Shown here: positions 9,958-19,042 of the stretch, piece after piece
Numbering within the stretch: position 1 is the stretch's first letter
Layout of the letters: each line of letters opens with the position of its first letter
Virus record (IMG/VR): IMGVR_UViG_3300006793_005371
Location: 1 to 62,600 of that record
Direction: 5' to 3' (one strand)
Source of the DNA: a virus
Taxonomy: Duplodnaviria; Caudoviricetes
DNA: 62,600 nt
Made by a program: the position numbers and the translations under genes
The notes under the pieces: generated by a model
Databases searched by the model: none
What the model saw: only the letters and a program-made list of their open reading frames with translations
Told to the model about the DNA's origin: nothing

Positions 9958-11008
9958 CAATAACGTTAAAAGAATCGGTTTCTGTTGTAAATATTTAGAT
10001 GAGGACCAAACGCAAAAGCCTAAGGTACTTAAAGAAATACAGCAGAACTACACAGAAAGACAGACCACAGTAGCATGGTGTAACAGACAAGAACGTTCTG
10101 TTGCAGAAGATCGCTTACTAGAAATTGTACGTCACAACATGCAGAGTGCATACAACCTAGTAGAATATGTAGGCACATTGCCTGCTGAAAGGAGAATGGT
10201 CAGGTTAGGTAGCAATCAAATACCGATGGCAACACAACCCGACTGGCGTTATGTATTCGAAGATAAAACAGTACTTGCAGAACTTGAACGTGGATTCAGA
10301 AGAATTGGTGATCATGCTCGTGAGCGTGACGTTAAGCTCAGTTTTCATCCTGGTCAGTTTTGTGTCTTGGCTTCAGACAATCCTGACATAGTAGAGCGTA
10401 GCATTGACGAGTTCGAGTATCATGTGAACATGGCACGTTGGATGGGCTATGGCAAAGAGTTTCAAGACTTCAAGTGCAACATACATATATCAGGTAGAAA
10501 AGGTTACCAAGGCATTATTGATGTGCTACCTAGATTATCCCCCGAGGCTAGAAACATTATTACTATCGAGAATGACGAGATGTGTCATGGCTTAGACGCA
10601 AGTCTTATGCTGAAAGATCATGTTGCACTTGTTTTAGATATACACCACCACTGGATTAGAGATGAAGAATACATACAAGCGAATGATGACCGTGTTAAAA
10701 TGGTTATTGATAGTTGGCGTGGCGTCAGGCCTACTTTACATTACAGTTACAGCAGAGACGAATGGCTTGATCAATCAACACGAATTGATGAGACAACACG
10801 GCATAATGCCTTACACTCCATACCCGATCTACTAGAGTCAGGTGCTAAGAAGCAAAAACTAAGAGCACATTCTGACTACTATCCTAATGACGATGCTAAC
10901 GATTGGGCATTGACCTTCTTAGATTCTTTTGATATACAATGCGAGGCAAAGGCTAAGAATTTGGCTAGCCAGCAATTATATGATAGAGCATTACTCACCA
11001 ATAAATAG
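9950..11008 (+). CDS. uvsE: UV-damage endonuclease UvsE/UvdE
   Basis: RIGFCC, LSFHPGQFCVLAS, ITIENDE, LDIHHHW, AHSDY, CEAKAK. Confidence 0.93.
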   Translation: MFNNNVKRIGFCCKYLDEDQTQKPKVLKEIQQNYTERQTTVAWCNRQERSVAEDRLLEIVRHNMQSAYNLVEYVGTLPAERRMVRLGSNQIPMATQPDWRYVFEDKTVLAELERGFRRIGDHARERDVKLSFHPGQFCVLASDNPDIVERSIDEFEYHVNMARWMGYGKEFQDFKCNIHISGRKGYQGIIDVLPRLSPEARNIITIENDEMCHGLDASLMLKDHVALVLDIHHHWIRDEEYIQANDDRVKMVIDSWRGVRPTLHYSYSRDEWLDQSTRIDETTRHNALHSIPDLLESGAKKQKLRAHSDYYPNDDANDWALTFLDSFDIQCEAKAKNLASQQLYDRALLTNK

Positions 11009-11027
11009 AGTTTATTAGGATTGAGAT

Positions 11028-11672
11028 ATGAAAAAAATTAAAAACACAAACTTTTATATACCAACAGGCGACACGTTCTTACCAAAGAAGCCAAACTATA
11101 AGAAAGAAGAGTTTGAAATGGCTAAGCCTTTCTTTAAGCATAATAGTGTAGCAATAGATGTAGGTGCTCACGTTGGCTTTTGGACTACAAGACTATTACA
11201 AGAATTTGACAAAGTAATTGCAGTTGAACCAGTTGAAGACTTTATTAGGTGCTTAGAAGTAAACACAGAAGAGTTAGAGCATAAACTTGAAATACATGGT
11301 CTTGGCTTAGGCAGTGAAGACGAACTTTGTTTAGAAATTGACCGTGTAAAAACAAACTCTACCCTTACAGCCACAGCAGATTACTCATGCGAAGAACAAT
11401 CTACCGAATACACAATGGACACATTTGTAGAAAAAATGCTTGACGAAGATATTGATGGACCAGCAAGTTTAGACTTTATAAAAATATCAGTTGAAGGATA
11501 TGAATTAGAAGTGTTAGAAGGTGCAGTTGAAACTATTAAGAAATGGCAACCTACTATTTTTGTTGAAGTTAAAACAATGGAAGACGATGACGTATCAGAC
11601 TTTATGGAAGATATGAATTACAAAATTGCAGACGACGATCTAAGTTCGTATGTTTGGGTACCGAATGAGTAA
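11028..11672 (+). CDS. FkbM-family SAM methyltransferase
   Basis: AIDVGAHVG, AVEP, DFIKISVEGYELEVLEGA, PTIFVE. Confidence 0.9.
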   Translation: MKKIKNTNFYIPTGDTFLPKKPNYKKEEFEMAKPFFKHNSVAIDVGAHVGFWTTRLLQEFDKVIAVEPVEDFIRCLEVNTEELEHKLEIHGLGLGSEDELCLEIDRVKTNSTLTATADYSCEEQSTEYTMDTFVEKMLDEDIDGPASLDFIKISVEGYELEVLEGAVETIKKWQPTIFVEVKTMEDDDVSDFMEDMNYKIADDDLSSYVWVPNE

Positions 11673-12420
11673 AAACTTTTTAGTATTTAAAAATTATAAT
11701 ATCACAGACCATACAAAGTGGTATAACGATAGAACAAGTGAAGAAGGTCTGGTAGACAATTATAACGCAATGGAAAAGATTGCTACATCATCAGCACTTA
11801 AGAATGTTGAAGGCCTAAACGAAATTAAAGTGTTTAGGGGAGAAGCAACAGATATAAGAGAAGTCTTTAAAAAGAACTTTTATGAAATCTACGAGTTATG
11901 GCAACAAGGCAATAATATTTTATATGCTGATTTAGATGTTGTATTTACACAACCCACAAACTTCTTTTCAAGTGATAACATTTTTAGAATGTATAATCTC
12001 ACTGATCCTGTAAAAACATCATGTGATCATTATAACGTACAGTTTGACGCATACTTCAATTGTGGTATTAGATATTATCCCAAAGGCATGAGTCAGGATG
12101 TATGGGACTTGGGTATTGAAATGGTTGAAAATTGGAATCCAGAAAGATGGGATAGTGAACAAATTATATATAATGCTATGCTGTGGAGTCAAGATATACA
12201 ACCTAACGAAATATATCAACCACATCTTGCATACCAATGTTTACACAATCCGGCACTACTCGAAGGCAATAGAATAAACAAACAGTTTAATCAGATAGAT
12301 CTCAATGAAGCACAGGCTGTTCATGTACATGGAAGTAGAGGAAGTTCGGATAGATTAACCCTAATGGAAAACTTCGCGGAAGGTAAAATTCCGCAGTTAG
12401 AAGAAACCTTATTCTTATAA
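11665..12420 (+). CDS. Putative GT-A glycosyltransferase
   Basis: ILYADLDVVF (DxD), FNCG, EQ, VHVHG. Confidence 0.65.
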   Translation: MSKNFLVFKNYNITDHTKWYNDRTSEEGLVDNYNAMEKIATSSALKNVEGLNEIKVFRGEATDIREVFKKNFYEIYELWQQGNNILYADLDVVFTQPTNFFSSDNIFRMYNLTDPVKTSCDHYNVQFDAYFNCGIRYYPKGMSQDVWDLGIEMVENWNPERWDSEQIIYNAMLWSQDIQPNEIYQPHLAYQCLHNPALLEGNRINKQFNQIDLNEAQAVHVHGSRGSSDRLTLMENFAEGKIPQLEETLFL

Positions 12421-12424
12421 AATT

Positions 12425-12542
12425 TGTGGCGCCACATAACTTTATTAAGTCTGGACAGATATTGCAGTACTCTTGTACTATGTAGCCTATTCTAAGAGGG
12501 AGGCAATATTTTATTTTGTTAGACTGAATTAAGTCTGTCCAT
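12425..12542 (-). ncRNA. Candidate ~120-nt structured small RNA
   Basis: TAAATA at 12548-12553 (minus); stems TGGACAGA/TCTGTCCA, ATATTGC/GCAATAT, AGTAC/GTACT. Confidence 0.45.
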
Positions 12543-12606
12543 ACTAATATTTACAAGAAACGTCAAAATTGACCGGAATATGGTATTTTTTAAGCCAAAT
12601 TTACGG

Positions 12607-12634
12607 TTGACAAACAATTAAAACAGTATATAAT
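12607..12634 (+). promoter_or_regulatory. sigma70-type promoter
   Basis: TTGACA-N16-TATAAT. Confidence 0.8.
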
Positions 12635-12653
12635 AGTACAAATAGGAAAAATT

Positions 12654-12941
12654 ATGTTATTAGAAAAACCAATCAAAGACGGATCAATCGTTACAGTTAA
12701 GTTAAACAGTGGCGAGGAGTTAGTTGCTAGATTTGAAAGCGAAACAGATACTGAATTGAATATTTCAAAAGTTAGAACAGTTGCACACGGTCAAGAAGGC
12801 TTAGGTATTATCCCTTGGATGATGACAGCACAAAGTAACACAATTTCAATAAATAAATCAACAGTGGTTGCATATACACAAACTGATGCGGAAATATCCA
12901 AATCTTATCAACAAGCAAGTACTGATATAAAACTAGTTTAA
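12654..12941 (+). CDS. Small beta-barrel (Sm-like) phage protein
   Basis: IVTVKLNSGEELVAR pattern. Confidence 0.55.
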   Translation: MLLEKPIKDGSIVTVKLNSGEELVARFESETDTELNISKVRTVAHGQEGLGIIPWMMTAQSNTISINKSTVVAYTQTDAEISKSYQQASTDIKLV

Positions 12942-12974
12942 AAATAAGACTAGCCTCAAATTAGGGAGACCAAA

Positions 12975-13574
12975 ATGAGACGAAACATATTTTTTAGTCT
13001 AATAGTATTGTTTGGTGTTACAGCATATTTCAATACTGAGTCAGAAGCAACGGTTGAAAGTCAGCGACACATCACAATAGACATACCTTTAATTCCAGAA
13101 AAAGCAATCGATGTAGACCAAATGCATTGCCTTGCAAGGAACATATATCATGAAGCACGTGGTGAATCTGTAAGAGGAAAATTTGCAGTTGCTCATGTAA
13201 CATTGAATAGAGTATACAGCGAAAGATTCCCAAATACGGTTTGTGATGTGGTTTATCAATCGCACATGAGAGTAAATTGGAAAGGCGTATCAGTACCTAA
13301 AAGGCATAAGTGTCAATTTAGTTGGTACTGCGACGGTAAGAGCGATGCTATTGTTTTAAGAACTGCTGAAGGCAAAGTTATAAAGTACAATATGAATGCA
13401 TGGGAAGAAAGCCTCAAGGTTGCAACTATGGTTCTTAAGCATGAGATACACGATACTACTAACGGTGCAACACATTATTTTAATGATAAGTTAGCAGATC
13501 CGTATTGGGCTGACCATTATGTAAGAGTTGCACAAATAGATAATCACGTTTTCCATAGAATGGATACATACTAA
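12975..13574 (+). CDS. Cell wall hydrolase, SleB/Hydrolase_2 family
   Basis: CLARNIYHEARGE, VTLNRV, FPNTVCDVVYQ, QFSW, GATHY, IDNHVF; N-terminal hydrophobic anchor. Confidence 0.93.
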   Translation: MRRNIFFSLIVLFGVTAYFNTESEATVESQRHITIDIPLIPEKAIDVDQMHCLARNIYHEARGESVRGKFAVAHVTLNRVYSERFPNTVCDVVYQSHMRVNWKGVSVPKRHKCQFSWYCDGKSDAIVLRTAEGKVIKYNMNAWEESLKVATMVLKHEIHDTTNGATHYFNDKLADPYWADHYVRVAQIDNHVFHRMDTY

Positions 13575-13642
13575 GGCGTTACTTTTTAGCAACATACGAT
13601 AAATACTACTTTAACACACACTAATATGTAGGAGTAGTAGGT

Positions 13643-14131
13643 ATGTATGAATATAGATGTAGTGTCTTGAAAGTTGTTGATGGTGATACAGCGGACGTAG
13701 ACATAGATTTAGGATTTGGAATAGTCCTTACAGATGAAAGAGTTAGGCTAATGGGTATTGATACACCAGAAAGCAGAACATCAGATAAAGTTGAAGATTT
13801 GTTTGGAGAGTTGGCAAAAGCAAGACTCAAAGAACTTATAGCAGGTAAGTCCGGACCTATTCTTAAAACACAGATTAACAAAGACGGAGAAGATATGAAA
13901 GGTAAGTTTGGTCGTATCTTAGGTGACTTCGAAGTTGAAAAGAACGGTGAGAGAAGAATGGCAACAGACGTGCTAATTGAAGAAGGACATGCAGTAGCAT
14001 ACTTCGGAGGTAGCAAAGACGAGATCGCGGCAAAACATTTAGTTAACAGAGATAAGTTATTGCGTGAAGGTTTAGTAAGTCAGGAAGACTTTGATAAAGC
14101 AGTAGCAATAATGGAAAAAAAGAATAGTTAA
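13643..14131 (+). CDS. Thermonuclease (SNase-like)
   Basis: VVDGDT, RVRLMGIDTPE, GKFGRILG. Confidence 0.9.
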   Translation: MYEYRCSVLKVVDGDTADVDIDLGFGIVLTDERVRLMGIDTPESRTSDKVEDLFGELAKARLKELIAGKSGPILKTQINKDGEDMKGKFGRILGDFEVEKNGERRMATDVLIEEGHAVAYFGGSKDEIAAKHLVNRDKLLREGLVSQEDFDKAVAIMEKKNS

Positions 14132-14185
14132 TTTTAATCGTACATGCCCAATTAACTTTGGGCATTTACACTAACAAACAGAGAC

Positions 14186-14395
14186 ATGGCAAAAAGTAGT
14201 AGTAAAAAGAAAAACGTAACAGTATATCTTATCCCAGAAGGTGAAACTAGAGATAGTCACACTTATCATTATACAGCAGTTAAAACTAAAACATTAACAC
14301 AGGAAAATAGGAAACTTAAAATGAAAAAGTATAATCCTGTTAAAAGAATCCACGAAATGTTTGTAGAAGCAAAACTGCCTAAACATCAGAAATAA
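14186..14395 (+). CDS. rpmG: Ribosomal protein bL33 (Cys-less type)
   Basis: YTAVK...KLKMKKYNPVKRIHEMFVEAK. Confidence 0.85.
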   Translation: MAKSSSKKKNVTVYLIPEGETRDSHTYHYTAVKTKTLTQENRKLKMKKYNPVKRIHEMFVEAKLPKHQK

Positions 14396-14417
14396 TCCAA
14401 AAAACCTAAAATAACAC

Positions 14418-14445
14418 TTGACAAAAGTCTAAATACCAGTATAAT
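14418..14445 (+). promoter_or_regulatory. sigma70-type promoter with TAAATA in its spacer
   Basis: TTGACA-N16-TATAAT. Confidence 0.75.
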
Positions 14446-14472
14446 ATACTGACTAATTGTTTAGGAGATAAA

Positions 14473-14961
14473 ATGAATTACAAATATGTAAGCACAAAAG
14501 AATACGTGGATCAGTTTCCAGTTGCATATCGCCAATGGAGAGCTGATAGTCACTGTAACATTATTCATGGTTATAGTTTTAGCATGAAGTTTTACTTTGG
14601 TGCTAACGATCTAGATGTTCGTAACTGGGTAGCAGATTATGGCGGACTTAGAGATCTAAAAGGTTTTTTACAAGATCAATTTGATCATACGTTAATAGTA
14701 GCACAAGATGATCCTCATTTGGATTGGTATCAAGAAGCACACAAACGTGGTATTGCAAAAGTTGTAGAACTTCCAAGTCTTGGTTGCGAATCATTAGCAG
14801 ATCAAGTATACAAATATGTCAATGGAGTTTATATTCCAGACATGTGGGGGCCTTCAGAAGCAGAACGTCTATGGTGTTTTAGAGTGGAAGTTCGTGAAAC
14901 ACAAACTAACATGGCGTACAGAGAAGGTCACAGAGAAGATAACGAAGACTTATTTTCTTAA
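14473..14961 (+). CDS. queD: 6-carboxytetrahydropterin synthase (QueD/PTPS)
   Basis: SHCNIIHGY, DYGGL, FDHT, CESLA, VRET. Confidence 0.85.
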   Translation: MNYKYVSTKEYVDQFPVAYRQWRADSHCNIIHGYSFSMKFYFGANDLDVRNWVADYGGLRDLKGFLQDQFDHTLIVAQDDPHLDWYQEAHKRGIAKVVELPSLGCESLADQVYKYVNGVYIPDMWGPSEAERLWCFRVEVRETQTNMAYREGHREDNEDLFS

Positions 14962-14964
14962 AAA

Positions 14965-15210
14965 ATGTGTGTAGCAGAGTGTAACTTTTCCCGGGTGCCC
15001 GGGTGTTTACTGCACTATAAAACTTAGAACATAATTTGCAAGGCTACTGATCAACGCCTATAAACCGATCAGTGAAGAATGAGAGATGCACGAATGGTAT
15101 TTCGTAAATTGGGTTTGGAAAAGGCTAATTAGAGTAGACTCCGGCTTATCCCGGATAAAACAGATTGAGCGGCCCCTGTAAAAATTCCCTAAGTGTACCG
15201 TATCTCTTTG
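14965..15210 (+). ncRNA. Candidate structured RNA upstream of tRNA cluster
   Basis: ORF-free; stems ACTGATC/GATCAGT, AGAGATGC/GTATCTCT, ACGAA/TTCGT, TCCGG/CCGGA. Confidence 0.45.
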
Positions 15211-15213
15211 TGT

Positions 15214-15288
15214 GCCCCGTTCGTCTAGTGGTTAGGACACATGGTTTTCATCCATGCAACAGGAGTTCGATTCTCCTACGGGGTACCA
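15214..15288 (+). tRNA. tRNA-Glu(TTC)
   Basis: Cloverleaf, CATGG-TTTTCAT-CCATG anticodon arm, TTCGA T-loop, CCA end. Confidence 0.95.
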
Positions 15289-15295
15289 TGTTTAG

Positions 15296-15370
15296 GCGGA
15301 TGTAGTATAACGGCTATTATGAGACCTTGCCAAGGTTTAGATCCGAGTTCGATTCTCGGCATCCGCTCCA
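15296..15370 (+). tRNA. tRNA-Gly(GCC)
   Basis: GCGGATG/CATCCGC acceptor, TTGCCAA loop, CCA. Confidence 0.95.
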
Positions 15371-15378
15371 GTAGTAAT

Positions 15379-15453
15379 GGTCTGGTAGTTAAACGGTTAT
15401 AATTCCGCCCTGTCACGGCGGCGTTCGGGGTTCGATTCCCCGTCAGACCGCCA
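15379..15453 (+). tRNA. tRNA-Asp(GTC)
   Basis: GGTCTGG/TCAGACC acceptor, CCGCC-CTGTCAC-GGCGG, CCA. Confidence 0.95.
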
Positions 15454-15457
15454 TTAC

Positions 15458-15547
15458 GGAGAGTTGGCTGAGCGGCTTAAAGCACTTCCCTGCTAAGGAA
15501 GAGTACGGGTAACTGTACCGAGAGTTCGAATCTCTCACTCTCCGCCA
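15458..15547 (+). tRNA. tRNA-Ser(GCT)
   Basis: GGAGAGT/ACTCTCC acceptor, CTGCTAA loop, long variable arm, CCA. Confidence 0.95.
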
Positions 15548-15627
15548 GTTACATAGGTCCCGACAGTGGCCTAGTTGACGAACGAATGCTGTCAATACAA
15601 TGACTATGAGAAAAAGTGTCGAATATG

Positions 15628-15657
15628 AAGTTTTCCCTTAGACGTAAGGGAGACTTT
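15628..15657. terminator. Hairpin between convergent units
   Basis: AAGTTTTCCCTTA-GACG-TAAGGGAGACTT. Confidence 0.6.
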
Positions 15658-16837
15658 AGTTTTTAGTTACTAGCCTCTCTGTGAGGGGTTTAGTGACTAA
15701 ACTTGCTAGAAACTCTACGTCATGTGATAATTTATAGTTATGTCTAACAATTTCTAAATTAGGTTCCTTTGAAACCATAACATCTATAACTGCTTCTATA
15801 CGCTCTGGACCAAATTCTAAATTGTCATACAATTCTGTGTACTCCATTATAAAACCTACATCAGTTAATGCATTGTTTAGTCCTGCAGGACCTATTGTGA
15901 GTATAGGCATTCCTGCCATCATTCCTTTAAATGTTTTTTCAGTGTTAAATTTTATGTGAGGATAAGTTTCACACGCAATTTTCCAAGTGTAGTTTCCTGC
16001 GTATCTTTTGTTTAGAGGAATGCAGTCTTTAAATAATTCTATTGTGCTATTAGGCAATACCTTAGGCAACTCATGTCTGTATGATCTAACAAACTTTTCT
16101 ACAAGTTCGGATTGTACAAGTGAATGCCCATATCTGCCCAACCCAACGTTAGGACTTTTAAAGTAATCACCCAACTTACCATCTTCATCAAAGTTAACAG
16201 TTAAACTCCAATCTACGTTGTGGTCTAGTAATTCTAGTTGAGCAAGTCTAGCCAATGTTGCAAGTCTACCAGGCCTAGGTTTATGATTTGGAAATAAACA
16301 TCTCTTAATTTTTTTGTTGTCTATGATACTTTCTGGTACTATGTTTCCTGTTCGCACAGCCTCCATATATGTAATCAATGGAAATATGTGCATACACATT
16401 GTTTCGTTACCAAACTCATCAAATGCGCCACTGGCATTTAATATTCTGTTATCATTTATTAATACTTTAGGTAAAAAATGTTCTACATGGTACCCGCCGT
16501 CTATATAATCATACACAATGATGTTATAAACACTTATCAGTGTTTCTCTAATTTTAGCAGATAACTCCATGAAGTCACTTGCACAAATTTCAAACCAAAA
16601 GTTGTCTAGTGGTTCTGTAACTTGCATTAACGCATCTACTGATATACCTTTTGCACCAAACCTTTCACCAAATGCTAGTCCTCTTTCTTTGCATTGTCTT
16701 TTTATAACATTGCCAAATTCTGGATTGTTATAGAAAATACCTATCAAACCTGGGTGATCCATTGCATCACTGAAAGCATATTCCAAAGTGTTGTATGTTT
16801 CTGATCTTGCTGTTGATATCTTTTCTAAGTGTATCAT
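15656..16837 (-). CDS. Hypothetical protein with glycosyltransferase-like C-terminus
   Basis: CET...NTEKTFKGMMAGMPILTIG resembles GT10-like TEK motif; start 5 nt after TAAATA. Confidence 0.5.
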   Translation of the reverse strand: MIHLEKISTARSETYNTLEYAFSDAMDHPGLIGIFYNNPEFGNVIKRQCKERGLAFGERFGAKGISVDALMQVTEPLDNFWFEICASDFMELSAKIRETLISVYNIIVYDYIDGGYHVEHFLPKVLINDNRILNASGAFDEFGNETMCMHIFPLITYMEAVRTGNIVPESIIDNKKIKRCLFPNHKPRPGRLATLARLAQLELLDHNVDWSLTVNFDEDGKLGDYFKSPNVGLGRYGHSLVQSELVEKFVRSYRHELPKVLPNSTIELFKDCIPLNKRYAGNYTWKIACETYPHIKFNTEKTFKGMMAGMPILTIGPAGLNNALTDVGFIMEYTELYDNLEFGPERIEAVIDVMVSKEPNLEIVRHNYKLSHDVEFLASLVTKPLTERLVTKN

Positions 16838-16905
16838 GCCTATATTTAGCATTAACATATACTAGAATTCTTGACTACTGGCATCAATATAGGATAAATA
16901 TGTAT

Positions 16906-18264
16906 ATGCTATTCGGATTATTAACATTATTTACAGCCTTGGCTATTGCCGGTGTAGCCGCATGGTTCAGTATAGTAGGTCTTATGACGTTCTTCCAAGG
17001 AGCGGCTATGAGTATTGCTGTTATGGCCGGTACACTTGAAGTTGGCAAATTAGTAACAGTAAGTTGGCTATATAGGTATTGGAAAGAAACTTCATTACTG
17101 GTTAAGATGTATTTGTCTACGGCAGTACTATTTTTAATGCTTATTACAAGCATAGGTATATTTGGCTATCTCAGTAAAGCACACCAGGAAGTATCTGGCA
17201 GTAGTGCAGATGCATTTGCTGTAGTAGAAAGAATTGATGGACAAATACTAAGAGAAGAAAATAAGATAGACATACTAGAAGACCGTATTACTAGTTTACA
17301 AACTGGTGGCGGATTAGATGTTAGTTCAAGTATACAGCAACAAGTATCTATAAGAGATGGCGCATGGGAAAGAGTACAAGGCGATATTGATTACGCACAA
17401 GGACAAATAGATAGGCTCAGAGACCAACTAGCAGTATTAGATAAAGCAGTAAACGATTTAAGAAACAAAGGTGTTGAAGTTATAGAAACTGATGCAGGTG
17501 GAACGTTCAGACGTGCCGAAACAGAAACCATCGATTATGTTGCACAGGCAAATGAACTATTTGAACAGCAATCACAACAACGTGCAGATATCAAAGAAGA
17601 TATTGACAAGCAACAAGCAAACATAGACAAGTATAGAGAACAAGCACAGGCAGACATAAACAATGCTAATGCAGAGATTAACAGGCTTAGAGAAAACAGT
17701 AGCACAGATCAAGATGAGATACTTGTAAAAATAGATGATTACAATAATCAAATAGATACAATATATGCAAACATTGTAGTAATCAAAGATGAGAAGTTTG
17801 AAGCAGAAAGTGTTGTTAGAAACATAGAGAAGGAAGTTGGACCAATCAAATATGTTGCCGAACTTATATATGGTGAAAGCGGGGAAGAAGTATTAGGACA
17901 AGCAATACGTTTGTTTATAATATTACTTGTTGTAGTATTTGATCCATTAGCAGTTATGTTACTTATTGCGGCCAACCAGACGTTGTTACGTTACGGAATC
18001 AACTTAGAAAAAACAGGACCAGATCCTCATTTTGTAGATGAGATACTCGACGATGATGATTTTGAAACTCAATCTAGAAAAATATATGGCGACAATATGC
18101 CAGATGTTCCCGAAGTCAAGGAAGTTATAGTAGAAAAAGAAGTTATAATAGAAAAGGAAGTTGAAAAAGAAATTGATATGAATGCTATTAAAACTCCTAG
18201 AGCAGTAAAGGCTCTTGAAAAAAAACTTAAGAAGAAATTAGACGATGACGGAACAAGAAGTTAA
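16906..18264 (+). CDS. Membrane protein with long coiled coil
   Basis: Three N-terminal TM segments, heptad Q/E/D region, TM with VVVFDPLAV; start 5 nt after TAAATA. Confidence 0.75.
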   Translation: MLFGLLTLFTALAIAGVAAWFSIVGLMTFFQGAAMSIAVMAGTLEVGKLVTVSWLYRYWKETSLLVKMYLSTAVLFLMLITSIGIFGYLSKAHQEVSGSSADAFAVVERIDGQILREENKIDILEDRITSLQTGGGLDVSSSIQQQVSIRDGAWERVQGDIDYAQGQIDRLRDQLAVLDKAVNDLRNKGVEVIETDAGGTFRRAETETIDYVAQANELFEQQSQQRADIKEDIDKQQANIDKYREQAQADINNANAEINRLRENSSTDQDEILVKIDDYNNQIDTIYANIVVIKDEKFEAESVVRNIEKEVGPIKYVAELIYGESGEEVLGQAIRLFIILLVVVFDPLAVMLLIAANQTLLRYGINLEKTGPDPHFVDEILDDDDFETQSRKIYGDNMPDVPEVKEVIVEKEVIIEKEVEKEIDMNAIKTPRAVKALEKKLKKKLDDDGTRS

Positions 18265-19018
18265 AGATAAGTTCGACGAACTTTATGCAAAATATCAACA
18301 CACAATGGAGATGCTTGTTGATGCGTTGGATAACATAGAATCATTAAAAAAAGAACTTGACAAAAAACCAAAAGAAGTTATAGTAGATAGAGAAGTAGAA
18401 AAGATAGTAGAAGTAGAAGTAGAAGTCCCAGTTGAAGTTATTAAAGAAGTAATAGTTACTAAGGAGATTGAAGTTGAACAGATCGTCGAGAAGATTGTCG
18501 AAGTTAAAGTCCCAGTCGAGGTCGAAAAGGAGACAGTGGTCACTGTCGAAAAGGAAGTCCCAGGACCAGAGCGAATCGTTAATGTTGAGGTCCCCGGACC
18601 AGAAAGGAGAGTGGAAGTCCCTGGACCAGAGCGAGTAGTAGAAGTTGTAAACCCAGAGGATGCAAAACTTAAACAACAGAATTTAGTTTTGTCAGCAGAA
18701 ATACAAAAACTAAAAAAACGTAAGCCTGAAGTTAAGATAGTCGAAAAGGAAGTTATAGTAGAAGTACCAGTAACAGAGTTCGTAGATCAGCCGCCCCAGG
18801 TAATTGAATCAGCATCTACAAAAGACTTACATGAAGCCGCAAGACTTATGTCACAGAGTGAGTTGAACAAAGAGGACCTCACAGAAAAACAAATCTATAA
18901 TCTTTTAATCAAGGAATCCGAAGAAGAAGTTAAACGTAAAATTGGCTTCTGGGCAATGCCTCTGCCTACAGATGAAGGGCAACCGACAAACAAAAAGTAT
19001 ACTGGAAAGAAAAGGTAA
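18245..19018 (+). CDS. V/E/K/P repeat protein (alveolin/articulin-like repeats)
   Basis: EKIVEV, VEVPV, VEVPGPER repeats. Confidence 0.7.
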   Translation: MTEQEVKDKFDELYAKYQHTMEMLVDALDNIESLKKELDKKPKEVIVDREVEKIVEVEVEVPVEVIKEVIVTKEIEVEQIVEKIVEVKVPVEVEKETVVTVEKEVPGPERIVNVEVPGPERRVEVPGPERVVEVVNPEDAKLKQQNLVLSAEIQKLKKRKPEVKIVEKEVIVEVPVTEFVDQPPQVIESASTKDLHEAARLMSQSELNKEDLTEKQIYNLLIKESEEEVKRKIGFWAMPLPTDEGQPTNKKYTGKKR

Positions 19019-19042
19019 ATAAAAACAGAGGTTAATGAATAA

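Noticed and set aside
18380-18650. DNA tandem repeats
   Set aside because: Explained by protein-level repeats with synonymous variation
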